Origin: Hypanus sabinus
Lineage: Eukaryota
Assembly (NCBI RefSeq): GCF_030144855.1
Contig: NC_082730.1
Coordinates: 15,066,001-15,130,000, forward strand
Length of the DNA stretch: 64,000 bases
Direction: 5' to 3'
This document shows, one piece after another, positions 12,843 to 25,519 of this stretch (position 1 is its first letter; each line of letters begins with the position of its first letter). Position numbers and translations under genes: made by a program. Under the pieces are notes generated by a model, which was given only the letters and a program-made list of their open reading frames with translations, made no database searches and had not been told where the DNA came from.

Positions 12843-14575
12843 CCCTGGGGCAGTGTTGGATCTCCTGTTAGGGAATGAGATAGGACAGGTGACGGAGGTA
12901 TGTGTTGGGGTGCACTTCAGGTCCAGTGATCAAAATGCCATTAGTTTCAATATAATTATGGATAAGGATAGGACTGGACCCAGGGTTGAGATTTTTGATT
13001 AGAAAAAGGCTAACTTTGAAGAGATGTGAAAGGATTTATAAGGAGTGGATTGGGACAATTTGTTTCATGGGAAGGATGTAATAGAGAAATGGAGGTTATT
13101 TAAAGGTGAAATTTTGAGGGTACAGAATCTTTATGTTCCTGTTAGGTTGAAAGGAAAGGTTAAAAGTTTGAGAGAGCCATGGTTTTCAAGGGATATTGGA
13201 AACTTGGTTCAGAAAAAGAGAGAGTTCTACAATAAATATAGGTAGCATGGAGTAAATGAGGTGCTCAAGGAATATAAAGAATGTAAAAAGAATCTTAAGA
13301 AAAAAATTAGAAAAGCTAAAAGAAGATATGAGGTTGCTTTGGCAAGTAAGGTAAAAATAAATCCAAAAGGCATCTACAGTTATATTAATAGCAAAAGGAT
13401 AGTAAGGGATAAAATTGGTCCCTTAGAGAATCAGAGTGGATAGATATGTGTGGAGCCAAAAGAGATGGGGGGGATTTTGAACAATTTCTTTTCTTCGATA
13501 TTCACCAAGGAGAAGGATATTGAATTGTGTAAGGTAAGGGAAACAAGTAGGGTAGTTATGGAAACTATGATGATTAAAGAAGAGGAAGTACTGGTGCTTT
13601 TAAGGAATATGAAAGAAGATAAGTCTCTGGGTGATGGGGTGGTAAATTGGATTAGTAAGTATGCAGATCATACTAAGATAGGTGGCGTTGTGGGTAATGA
13701 AGTAGGTTTTCAAAGCTTACAGAGAGATTTAGGCCAGTTAGAAGAGTGGGCTGAAAGATGGCAGATGGAGTTTAATGCTGATAAGTGTGAGGTGCTACAT
13801 TTTGGTAAAACTAATCAAAATAGGACATACATGGTAAATGGTAGGGCATTGAGGAATGCAGTAGAACAGAGTGACCTAGTGCATAGTTCCCTGAAGGTGG
13901 AATCTCATGTGGATAGGGTGGTGAAGAATGCTTTTGGTATGCTGGCCTTTAAAAAACAGAGCATTGAGAATGGGAGTTGGGATGTAATGTCAAAATTGTA
14001 CAAGGCATTGGTGAGGCCAAATTTGGAATATTGTGTACAGTTCTGGTCACTGAATTATAGGAAAGATGTCACCAAAATAGAGAGAGTACAGAAGAGATTT
14101 ACTAGAATGTTACCTGGGTTTCAACACCTAAGTTACAGAGAAAGGTTGAACAAATTAGGTCTTTATTCTTTGGAGCGTAGAAGGTTGAGGGGGGACTTGA
14201 TAGAGGTATTTAAAATTATGAGGAGTATAGATAGAGTTGATGTAGATAGGCTTTTTCCATTGAGAGTAGGGGAGATTCAAACAAGAGGACATGAGTTGAG
14301 AGATGGCAGGCAAAAGTTCAGGGGTAACACGAGGGGGAACTTCTTTACTCAGAGAGTGGGAGCTGTGTGGAATGAGCTTCCAGTAGAAGTGGTAGAGACA
14401 GGTTCGATTTTGTCATTTAAAAAATAATTGCATAGGTATATGGACAGGAAAGGAATGGAGGGTTATGGGCTGAGTGCAGGTCAGTGGGATTAGGTCAGAG
14501 TAAGCGTTCAGCACAGACTAGAAGGGCTGAGATGTCCTGTTTCCATGCTGTCATTGTTATATGGTTATATGGTTA
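12843..14575 (+). mobile_element. CR1 LINE, internally deleted ORF2
   Basis: ORF 13450-14427 jumps from EDKSLG directly to VVNWISKYADHTK, so the central RT is missing; CR1 C-terminus and tail present. Confidence 0.9.
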
Positions 14576-15047
14576 GACTTTGTTATATACTAGAACAACA
14601 GGCCTTTCAGCCTGACTCATCCAAACCAACCAAGAGTCTAGACAGTCAGGAAACAAAGAAAACTATGGAAGCTGTTCAAAGAAGAGGTACAGCTTCATGG
14701 TCGGCAATGCTGTCTCTCTGAGAAGAAGCCTCTAATCAATCCTTTAATGTAACAGTTCCAATGAAATGTTTGTAAAAGAACATGGGAGTGTTCGCAAATG
14801 GCCTGGACAATAATTACTTATTAACCAACATCATTATCATTGGTCATGATCCCATTTCTGCTTGTGAGACCTTGCTGTGATCAGAATAGTTGTTGCAATT
14901 TCCCACTGCTGTCAACAGTGTGTAATATTCATTTCTGAGTTGCAGACATCCTGAGTTCATGAAAAATGCTGTGTAAATGTCAGACTTTACAAATGGCCAA
15001 GAATAAGTGATGAACCAGGACTGACCTTTTCCTATTCTTTACCACAG

Positions 15048-15139
15048 ACCCACTTACATAATTGTGCTCACTGTCATTGGGATTCTTCTTGTACTAATTA
15101 TCGTTTGTCTACTTTGCTACCTGAAGAGAAAAAACAGGG
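15048..15139 (+). CDS. Gene A transmembrane exon, uncharged (IPTYIIVLTVIGILLVLIIVCLLCYLKRKNR)
   Basis: accacag|A CCC ACT...AGG G|gtaggt, phase 2 to 1; hydrophobic run followed by a basic stop-transfer segment. Confidence 0.92.
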
Positions 15140-15675
15140 GTAGGTTTCTTTTTTCCTTTAATTATTTCATGATGAATACGATAGCTAGCTGCTGAATCTT
15201 AAGGAGCTTGATGTGGCTTCAGTCAACAAAAAGCCAGGATTAGAATGCCAATGTGTGGGTTTACAACACATGAATGAATGGTGTTGTTTCCACTGTAACC
15301 TGGTGACTCCATTATTCCCAAAACATCAGGCGATGGAATCTGACCTCAAACGTGGAGTGGTAGAGGACCAAGCTGTTGGGTAGAAGAAAGATTTAGATGG
15401 TCTCACCTGTACTACTCAGGTTTGGGGAATTAGCTGTTGAATTTGAAAGTGTATTCAATAAGCTCTTCCTCAGTACAACTTCCAATTAAAAGCAATCATT
15501 GGGACAGTTTATGTGTAAGATCATTCTCTCATGTCATTCTCAAAAAAAAGATCAGGAGTATCTTTCACCTATCTACCACTCACTATATGTCACTGGACAA
15601 CATACCCTGCTCTCATTGTACAAAGTTGCTGTAGATTAAGTCACAAGTCTGCTTTACGGAGATGATCCTGAGATG

Positions 15676-15955
15676 GGCACCATGGTAGTGTAGAGGTTAG
15701 CACCACACTGTTACTCCTCGGGGCTTTTTGGAGTTTGGATTTCAATTCCGATGCTGTCCTGTAAGGAGTCTCTGTGTCCACCCCACTGAATGGTTCCCTG
15801 GGTGCTCCAGTTTCCTCCCATTGTCCAAAGACAGTTCTTTGGTTGTTATAAATTGTTCCATGATGGATGAAGTTTAATCAGGCTTGGCGGGGTCACTGGG
15901 TCAGCATGGCTCAAAGGGCCGAGAGGGCTTACTCTGCGATGTATAAATAAATAAA
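15676..15955 (+). mobile_element. tRNA-derived HE1/V-SINE-like element (related copies near 11570-11830, 12130-12470, 17645-17900, 18520-18770, 39560-39840)
   Basis: A-box-like head plus the conserved GGGTGCTCCAGTTTCCTCCCA...TCCAAAGA core seen in several copies. Confidence 0.75.
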
Positions 15956-18034
15956 TAATCTTATGTCCTTTAAATAGACTTTGTAAACCAGTGAAGAGAA
16001 CAGTGAGTACAGTGATCATCTGTGTGTTATTATCAGATGGGGAAATGGAGTTGATCACTGGAAAATAAAGCCCCTGCAGCCTCCAGTTCACTGGCTGATG
16101 GAATATAACACTTTGGCTGAAAATTAAAACAACTAGTAATTCAACTGCCCCCCGTGATGTAGTTCCTGGCCTCTCTCTCTCCCGCCAACAAACCAAACAG
16201 CTACTTTCAACGTAGTATTATCCCCTAATCTTTGTTTATTGCAAAGATCTGAACAAAAGGAATGCATTGTTTTCTAAAGAGAAATTACCTAAATGATCAA
16301 TACCTGAGATATTGGCAGAAAGTGCTGGGAATGCTCAGTATGTCAGACGGCAGCTGTGGAGAGAGGAACAGCTGATCCTTCAAGGCAATGACCTTACACC
16401 AGAACTGGAAAATGTGAGCGATAACATGTCTTGAGGTGCAGAGAAACAATGGAAGGAAGCACAAAAGGGAGGGTTTCTGAGGGAGTACAAGACAGAAAAA
16501 AGTATGTCAGGAAAGACGCTGTGTGAGGCAAAAGGTGTGTGATAATAGGATAAATGAAGATTTAAAGATGGGCTAGCTTTGAAATTTGATTTTTGCATTG
16601 GTGACATTATCCTCATCAGTAACAGTACTGCTCTTGATTTCCTTTGATATTTCTCCTTATATGGTTAGCTACTATTAATAACAAAAAATGGAACAGGTTT
16701 TGGGAAATAAAATCTGTTCACAATTCAACTTGCACTATTCTGCCCTCACTCAAGAGTTTTCCCCATTTTCTTAAGCTGGTCAGATAGGTGAACTCCAGTC
16801 CAGGTGTAGTAGTTTGAAGGCAGTTCTGTTGTTCAGCAACACATTACAGTAAGCCAAAATCTGAGGGAAAAAAAGTGTTTCTAGGTATTTTCACAAGTGA
16901 TGGATTCAAATGTAGATTAAAATTCCTTTGATTCATAACAGATGAATGAGTAAATATACAAGCAATTATAAAATGGCTGACCTGATGTTGAAGGTCAATT
17001 GCTTAGAAACACAGTAGTAAGAAATGAACAACCGCTGTAAACTTACAAGTAAGCAGTGATTTCTAGTGGCTAGAAATAAAATGGCAAACCAGATTCGGGG
17101 GAACACAACGTTCACTAATCGTCTCAAGCCATAAAAACAGTTCATTGAGGATAGGACATTCAGTTTCCATATGAAATTGTTGATCTCCGTGTTGAATTTG
17201 AAAGCAGGCTTTGTGGCCAGTAGGAAATTGAGATGATTTTTCTTTTGGACAGTTTGTTCCTTCTTTCTGAGGGACAATCTGCCACAGTGTCCGAGAGAGA
17301 TCAGTGAGATGTTCATGGGACAGTGTGAATATAGTCAGGTAATCTGCTCCATCATATTGTGAAGTAGAAATATTAGCTAAACACACACACAAACAATGTA
17401 GAAAATGTAGGTAAATCAGACAGAATTTGTAGCAATAAAAAGAAAAATTAAATTTTAAATCCAAATTCTTCATTACAATGTTCGAAGATGAAATACGTTA
17501 GCTTTCAGTAGCAGAGGAGGTGGGGTATAACACAACATGATCCTTTCTGAATATTGTGCAGTAACCGGAGCAGAGGTTTGCTCTGTAAGGAGAATCATTA
17601 TTGTGTTGCAGCCTGGGTTCCCGTGTTTCTGAGATTCAGTATGGGGGCCATGCTACTGTCATGGTAGCATACTGATTCACACAAAGCTATTACAGCTTGG
17701 GGCGTTCCGGAGTTTGCAGTTCAATCCCAGTGCCGTTCTGAAAGGAGTCTCTGAATGTCATCCCTGTGGGATGCATGGATACACTCCGGGTCCTCCAGTT
17801 TCCTCCCACAGTCCAAAGACATACCAAGTAGGTTAATTGGTCAATGGAAATGTCCCGTGGTTAGGTTTGGGTTAATCTGGATTGTCGGGGGTTGCTGGGT
17901 GGTGAAGTTCAAGGGTTGCAAGTGCCAACTCTATGCTGTATCAATCAACCAATCAATAAATACATACATATACACATAGATGTTTATGTCCGTAACAGCC
18001 ATGGAATTTTTAGCAGTAATGTTGTATTTTCCAG

Positions 18035-18081
18035 AATCCAAGCTCATCACACCTCACGGAGAAGGCAGCAATGAAACCCAG
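18035..18081 (+). CDS. Gene A cytoplasmic exon 1 (ESKLITPHGEGSNETQ)
   Basis: ttttccag|AA TCC...CAG|gtatgg; phase 1 to 0 bridges the TM and terminal exons exactly. Confidence 0.8.
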
Positions 18082-19928
18082 GTATGGACATGATGTATAA
18101 ATTGTCTGAACATTTTGGAATGTTTAAAATTTGGATTACATGGGAGTTTACAGATCAACCATCCCCCCCACAGTCCAGTCCAGTATTAATATTAGACACA
18201 GACCTCCGAACACCCCTCTCATTGAATCCCATCAGCATATCCTTCCAGTTGTTTGTCCCTTGCTCATCCAACTTTTCCTTCAGTCTATCCACAATACTTT
18301 ACGTGACTAATCTTCAAAGTGCTTCAGTCCTTATTACGTTACTGAAAGGTGAAAAGCGAAACTGGTCATTTCTCTACTGTTGGAGATGGAACACCTAATT
18401 GTGTACATCTCCCTTTGGGTTCAATGACTTTTCAGTTTACGATTTGTGTATTCCCCCTGAGTCTCAAAGTCTGATGTGAAATCAGAAAAAATAGGGCAGG
18501 TCTATTCAGAATAATAAATTGGGGGTGGCATGGTAAGGTCGCAGTTAGCATAACTCTATTGCAGTGCCAGTGACTTGGGTTCAGTTCTGCTCCTGTCTGA
18601 AGGAGTTTGTATGTTCTCCCTGTGACCATGTGGGTCTCCTCTGTGTGCTCCAATTTCCTCCCACATTCCAAAGAGGTTACTATGTTAATTTGGTCACATG
18701 GGTTTAATTGGGTGATGTGGGCTTGTTGGGCCAGAATGGCCTGCTTCCATGCTGTATCTCTAAATAAGTAAATATCTGTTCTGTGCTGACCTCACCCACC
18801 CACTTTCTCACTCTACCCTTCAATCCTGACAGCAGTACTAATACTCTAATGTCTCTTTGGACTGTTATGAACAACCTTTGTTAGTGATATTTTCCACAGT
18901 TTTTAGCTTGCTAGTTATTCTTACCTTCTTAATTAATGTCTCAATTGATTTATCTTTTTTCCCTATTGAATGATTGGGTTCAATATTATCAAAGAGCTTC
19001 AATTGTTTTCTCAACTTCATCAGTTGCCTTTCTTATTCCCAAAGGTAACTGCAGGGTGGAGACTGTTGAAGGATTCTGCTCTGCCGTACATTTTCCCTTG
19101 TTGGCATCACTTTCCCACCAAGAGCTGTACCCTCAGAGAACTCTTATCCATCCTCCACTCTCTGAATTCCACCCCCAATGTCAGTAGCTTCAGCTGCCCA
19201 AATCCCACAACCTAGGAAAATCCCTCAAATCCCCGAACTCCTGCAATTCTGTCCTCTTAACTTTTGTTCACTAGGGATACAGCAGAGAAACAGGTCCTTC
19301 TGGTCCACGAGCCACCCAATTACACCCATCCGATCAATTTATCTACTACGACAAACCATTTAAACTGAACCATAAAAGTATTGTAATTTGCCCAAGTAAT
19401 TCCCAACTTCATTTTCAACCTCTTCTCTTGCTGAACCCCTGTGAAACACCTCGGACCTTGTGAAGCAACATGCTAATGTTGTACATTTAGTAGTGGGTCC
19501 TCACTGAGGATCACTACCACGCAGTCATAAACTGTTATCAAACATTCTGAAAAAATATATTCTACAAGCTGATTGAAAAAATTGGGATTTATTTAAAAGC
19601 AGAAAACTGAGGGTGCTCTGGTAGATGTCTGCAACAGTATCCAATTGTTTTATAGAGTAGAAAACATGTTTCTATCTAGAGATGAGAGCAGAAGTCAAGC
19701 TATAAACATAAGATAAATAATAAAAATCCACTGACAAGTCCATAAACCATAAGGTATAGGAGCAGAATTAGGCCTTTTGGCCCATCAAGACTTCTCTACA
19801 CATCAATCATGGCTGATTTATTTTCTTTCTCACCCTATTATCCCACCTTCTCCCAGTAACTTTTCACACCCTCACCTTCCACAATCATCAGACATAAAAT
19901 AGATCTTGGAACTTGTTTATCATTTCAG

Positions 19929-20144
19929 GAAATGGCCACGTTGGAAGAAAACGTCGTTTATGCAGATCTGCACCATGTTCGAAACAATAAGGCAGCTGCC
20001 CAGTCGGCTAACAATGAAAATGGAACTGTGTATGCAAACATGAAATTTAAAAGGAAATCAAGAGCAGGATGCTCTGTTATGTATGAGGACAACACCACCT
20101 ATGCAGATATCAAATTTCAAAGCCAACCCACAAGGCCCAAATAA
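19929..20144 (+). CDS. Gene A terminal exon with ITIM (VVYADL), TVYANM and ITSM-like TTYADI
   Basis: catttcag|GAA ATG GCC...AAA TAA; ORF 19932-20144. Confidence 0.92.
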   Translation, partial: EMATLEENVVYADLHHVRNNKAAAQSANNENGTVYANMKFKRKSRAGCSVMYEDNTTYADIKFQSQPTRPK

Positions 20145-20226
20145 AAAGCTTACTTTCCTGGTACTCCACTGGACTCAGAATAAGATTGATAATATCATTA
20201 TGTGGATCGATTTAAGGCAGAAGAGT

Positions 20227-21137
20227 TACACACAGAAGCCACTTTATTAAGTGCACCTGGACACCTATTTGTTAATGCAAACATCTAATCAGCCAATCAT
20301 GTGGCAGCAGCTTGATGCATAAAAGCATGTGTATTGGCATGTTGTGCATTGAAAGGTATTCTTCTGCACACCACTGTTGTAATGCATGTTTATTTTGTTT
20401 ACTGTCACATTGAACCAGTCTGGCCATTGTCCTCGATTGGACCGCTGTTAATTTACTGATCCTTCGGGTTCTTGCAGCAGTCAGGAATGTTAAACAGTCT
20501 TAATTCTAATGGTCATTTATTTTAAAGTACAAGAATAACATACAAATACTAAGGAATGCACACAAAATGCTGCAGGAACTCAGCAGATTAAACAAACTAA
20601 ATAAGGTGCTGAGAAATTATGCTGAGAGGTAAATGAACGGCATAAAATGTGAAGTCAAAATGATGGGGCCACTGAAAAATCCATGACTTATAGGCAAGAT
20701 CAGGAAAATTCCTTCGATAGAAATAAACTAGTTAATAGGCCACAGAATAAAAACAATTACCTCATGTGCATAATGTGCTAATACCTCACCAGTGAGAGTG
20801 GATAAACCACGACATACTGTGAAAAATATATGAGTATGTTAAAAAATACATACCTTAAAAGAAGTATGGATTAAAAAAGCAGTTGTTTCCATCACCTCTG
20901 CACTCTCTCAGCAACAAGGACTTTGCGCGCACAGAACTGCCACTCACTGGCATTTTGTTTATCGCTTATGTCACATTTATTCTCCATTCCAATGTTTGAC
21001 CTGAACAACAACTGAACCCCTTGATCACATCTGCACGCTTCTATGCATCGTGTGGCTGCCCCGTGATTCGCTGATTATGGTATTCACATTAACGAGCAGG
21101 TGTACAGGTGCATCCAATAGAGTGACCACCGAGTGTA
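20227..21137 (-). mobile_element. Tc1/mariner remnant in the putative 3' UTR of gene A, interrupted by a ~450 bp insert
   Basis: TA-flanked degenerate TIRs (GCCACTTTATTAAGTGCACC / GTGACCACCGAGTG); same family as 50211-50745. Confidence 0.75.
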
Positions 21138-21650
21138 ACTCTTCCGCCTCAATCTATCCACTTAGTGACTCTGTCAAACTTAACTGAAAGTCAGCTGCCC
21201 TACGGCAGCTCGAACAGTTCCTAAAGCAATAATGTAAAAACATTCCTTAGAGTGATAATGTAAAAAGTCCAAGTGATTTATACAATCAGTTAGGAGAGAT
21301 TTTCCTAGAAGTAACGAATTCCTCGATGTCAGGACATTACTGCTGATCCCAGCCAAAATTTGCCTTGCCCAAAGGATTTATGATGAAGGAAATAAAAACG
21401 GCTTAAAGGCACTGACCTTTCCTTGGCGAAACCCTGCTCCAGTCCTTTCTGCTCTTTAGCAGGGACTATCTTGGATTGCAGGTGAATAATTCTTCCAAAT
21501 GAAGATCAAATAAGGTTGGACCAGCAGCTAGTCTACTAAATTTCAGATGTGCTGTTCATTTGGGATGTTCTCCCATTGTAAATATACAATTCTGCAAAAG
21601 TTACCTGTCTATTTTCAGCAATTAAAGTTAAAGGTTAACTAACAATAACT

Positions 21651-21769
21651 AATAAAATGCATTTAATCACTGATTGTTGTCTTTTTGTTTACAAAGTATA
21701 AAACATCCCTGTATTGTTATATGTGGAGAGAGCAGAAATAGATTTTCTCGATCTGCTGCCTTGAATAAA
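21651..21769 (+). terminator. Candidate poly(A) signals of gene A
   Basis: AATAAA at 21651-21656 and 21764-21769 at the end of AT-rich non-repetitive sequence downstream of the stop. Confidence 0.45.
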
Positions 21770-22177
21770 GTTCTTCTATATCTCACATGTTCCGTTTCCA
21801 TGTCACTCAGTTCAGCACTCACAACAATCTCGTAGAGTTACAGAGCAATACAGCATGGGTAAAGGCCTTTTGGCCCAGTCTGTCCTTGCTGACCAGTGCC
21901 CATCCCAGCTGGTCCCAATTCAGGAAGGGAAGTGGAGTGAACACACATCAGTCCACAGCGCGGTATCAGCAGTGGAAAGGGTGAACAGTTTCAAGTTCCT
22001 CAGTGTCAACATTTCCAAAACATCTTCAACCCCTCCACCAGCAGCCCTATGAATGGACAGTGAACCCATGAACATCACCTCACTATTTTTCCTCTCTTTT
22101 TGCATTGCTTACATATAGTAATTTACACGAGAGCCTCCTCTACATCCTCTCTAAAACATCTACGTCCTACATATAAT

Positions 22178-22683
22178 TGTCATAAGGGGGGTGTTGGGAC
22201 TGGACCCAAATGCAGGACACAGACACTGAAGTACAAGGAACAGGACGTGAGAAAACTAAAGGACGGGACATGTCAGACAAGGCTAGGGAAGCAGGAGCAG
22301 GAGGAGGAGGAGGGATTGGGAAAAAGGATCCTGGGGTGAACTCCAAGCCCAAGACTGGACATGGACCCAGAACCTAGGTCTTGACTCGAGCTCGGGCTGG
22401 GACACCAAACCAGGCGAAGACGTGACAAGGCCTGGGTTCAAAGGATCTTGAGACTTGAATAACTCGGAGGCTGGAGCATGGAGGCTTGAGGCGTGGGTTC
22501 TTGGAGACCAGGCTTGAGGCTTGGGTTCTTGGAGACCAGGCGAAGATGTGACGAAGCTTGGTTTCTTGGAGCTTGAGGCTTGAGGCTCGGGTTCTTGGAG
22601 ACCAGGCAAAGACATGACAAGACTTGGAGCTGAACACAACACTCCGAGTCTGGCATAACCAGGGTCTTTATAGAGTTGCTACA
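22178..22683 (-). mobile_element. LTR-like element (probable solo or partial Gypsy LTR) with internal tandem repeats
   Basis: TG...CA termini, TATAAA, repeated CCTGGTCTCCAAGAACCC-type units, ends CCTGCATTTGGGTCC...TGACA; no clean TSD. Confidence 0.55.
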
Positions 22684-22869
22684 ATACCTAATAGTTTTTA
22701 AACTTAGTAATCATGATGCTGTTGCTGCCTGTCATCACAGATTGTGGTTTGTTGGTCAGGAAGTTAAGGATCCTATTGCAAAGGGAGATGCTGTCCCCCA
22801 TATCTAGGAGTTTTGAAATGATTGTACTTCGAATTATTGTATTGAAAATTTAGCTTTATTCAATAAGCA

Positions 22870-23390
22870 GTCTAACATAGGTGTTTTTACTGTCTGAAGC
22901 TCCAGAGAAGAGTATAAGGGAAGGAAGGTAGCCTGCACCATAGAGTTGTTTTTGCAGTAGTTGAACTACAGTGGGTTGAGATTGTCCAGGTGGCTAATGT
23001 TAATGTGTGCCACAACCAGCCTCTCAAAGCACTTCAGGATAGTGAATGTCAGAGCTAACAAGCGATGGTGGTTAAGGCAAATTACTTTGTTTTACTTTGG
23101 TATCAGGATGATAGTGTTCTTCTTAAAGCAGAAAAGAACATCAAGATGGAGGCAGGAAGAAATTAAAAATGTCTGCCAAATCCTCACAGGATCTGAGAGC
23201 ATGGCCAGGTCCACCATTCAGGCCAAACACTTTCCGCACATTGGGTCTCCAGACTGAATTGACATCTGTAACATTGATTGTGGGATCAGGAGCACAGGAG
23301 GCTGTCAGGGCAAGTGATGACATTCCAAACCCTTTCTGTTTAAAAACAGTTCCGGAGTGGCCCAAACCATCTACATTCAAACAGGTACGG
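22870..23390 (-). mobile_element. Rex/Babar-type RT fragment
   Basis: Minus-strand peptide GPGHALRSCEDLADIFN and a degenerate ALTxxILKCFERLV motif. Confidence 0.7.
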
Positions 23391-23391
23391 T

Positions 23392-24680
23392 GATTAATGG
23401 GGTTTGTGAACTTTTATCTACGCTTCATCCGAAATTTCGGCCCAATCGCTACTCCCATAAACAGACTCAGCAGAAAGACTTTGGAAGGATTCCTGGACGA
23501 ACGCTACCGACCGAGCATTCCCGGATTGAAAGCGACATTTCACCACTACCCCAGTGCTGCAACACCAGTACCCTTCAAGGCCTTTCACAGTCAAGGTCGA
23601 TGCATCCGGCATTGGTGATATCCTCTCTCCGTGCTCTTTGGCGGATAGCCGGCTGCACCGCCGCGTCTTTATTTCTCGTCGCTTGTCTCCGGCCGAGATA
23701 ATTATAATGTTCAGAACAGGGAATTTATGGCTGTCAATGAGGCCTTGGAGGAATGGCGACACTGGCGGGAGGAGGCTGAGAAGCCTTTCTTGGTTTAGTG
23801 ACAGATCAATAAAACCTTTCCTACATTCAGAATGCAAAAAGACTCAACTCAATTCAAGCCTGTTTTGCTTCACCTGGATTAATTTTATCCTCACCTATCG
23901 TCCTGGCAGCAAAGATACCAAGGCCAATGCTCACTCTTCATAGTTGAAGACAATGTCAATCCAGAACCCGTTATCCTCACTCCTGATTGCTGTTCCGGTG
24001 ATCTGGAAAATATAGGCAGAGGTGAGGGCTGCCCAACAGTAAGGAGCTCCCAAATGGTTTGGGCAGAGATCACTCACAATAACTTCCACAGCTATGTCCC
24101 CACTCTTCCCTGACCAGGAGATTGTTGTAGGAGTTCCTGATGCTGAACATCTGACTCAACGCAACAGCGCACTTTGAGACCAGCCGAAGCTTCTCACCTG
24201 CGCGCCCGGAAACAACATGCCCGACAGGCTGATCGGCTCCGCCGACATATGCGCACTTTCATGCCAGGAGAGGAGATCTGCTGGGCATCAGGGAATCTTC
24301 CCCTGAAAGTTGAGAGCCACAAATTGATCCCGCGACACACAGGGCCATTTGTCGTGGAAAAGGCTGCAACAAGGTCTGGGACAGATTTTGTCTACCAGCA
24401 TTATAAAAGGTCCACCCAAAGTCCCAAGTTTTTTAGCTCTTACCGGTTACCAGTACCCTCCTCCTCCCCGCTTGGTAGATCGTTCATTGGTCAATACTGT
24501 ACGGCACCTCCTGTTGTCTCACCGGAAACGGGGTGAGGTTCAGTACCTTGAGGATTGTGAAGGGTACGGGCCTGAAGAACGTTCTTAGCTCCCGGTGCAG
24601 GAATTCTTGGACAAGTCTCCCATTCGAGTCTTCCAGCGGGCAGAGGTTTGTAGCGACTCAGCAGCTGCACCGAGGGAGGG
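23392..24680 (+). mobile_element. Decayed Gypsy (chromovirus-like) pol fragment: RT/RNase H, integrase C-terminus, chromodomain
   Basis: GFVNFYLRFIRNF, PFTVKVDAS, ALEEWRHW, GPF and YLEDCEGYGPEERS motifs across frames; purine tract near 24672-24680. Confidence 0.88.
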
Positions 24681-24716
24681 ATCACAGTCACAACCACGGA
24701 CTCTGTTGCAGTGTTA

Positions 24717-25360
24717 AGGCTGATTTATGCTTCTGCCTCAAATGAATGGCATAGGTAAGGTGTAGCTACGTAACCTATGCTTTACCCTACGCCATATCCT
24801 GACGTGCACCTCTCCAAAAATGTAAATTGTGTCATGGCGACGCAGACCGCAACAACTGTGATTGGTCCACTTTGGTGGCATTGCATTTCCTCCTGTCTAT
24901 AGGCCTGCTGTGTGTGCACTGATGCAAAATAAATGGTTGGAGATGATGAACCAAATTGTCAAAACTACCTGCCGACATCTGAAAATATTTGAAATGCATT
25001 TCCTTGTCCATGTCTCTCAGTGGCCGGACAAGCACAGGAAATTCACCCTCCTTCTGCCTCAATCCGTTCAATGGTCATACACACCATCTCCTCCGACGTC
25101 TTCTCTCTTTTCTGCATTGCAGTAATTTCAATAAAAGTAACCCTTGTTCAACATTTATTAGCTCCAACTCCAACATGATGTGCTCAGTACACGAAGAAGC
25201 TCTACACAGTGGCATAGAAACCCCACTGCCAACTAGAGTTTTGGCTTTGAATTGCAGAGCAACGCAGACACACGAACGCACAGGTATAAATGTCCACAAC
25301 GGTGCAGGCCACTTACAAAGGCTACGGCATAGGCTACCACGCAGAAGTATAAATCAGCCT
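24717..25360 (-). mobile_element. Non-autonomous PIF/Harbinger DNA transposon
   Basis: 20-bp TIRs AGGCTGATTTAT(G/A)CTTCTGC, TTA on both sides; internal transposase N-terminal remnant (RRRRW...GEFPVLV...[16 protein letters not shown]). Confidence 0.85.
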
Positions 25361-25519
25361 TTACACTGCCTGCTTGCAGTCAACTGACGCCACTAACTCA
25401 CGGTATTCACTGTATATTTAGATATTCCTTTCAGCCGCGGTGTTTACCATCTGAGAGTTTTGGTTAACTAACCTGCCTGATTTTGTGTTTATTGTTTTCT
25501 TTTCCATTAAAATCCTGTT

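Larger units (their letters stand above)
2868..20144 (+). pseudogene. Gene A: CD300/pIgR/MDIR-like inhibitory receptor (V-C2-stalk-TM-cyt-ITIM); both Ig exons frameshifted; leader exon not found in window
   Basis: Six exons with AG/GT sites and chain-compatible phases (1-1, 1-1, 1-2, 2-1, 1-0, 0-stop); paralogous to the minus-strand cassettes. Confidence 0.85.

Noticed and set aside
22283-22656. Overlapping repetitive ORFs (PGLQEP... repeats)
   Set aside because: Translation of tandem repeats inside an LTR-like element; no splice or homology support
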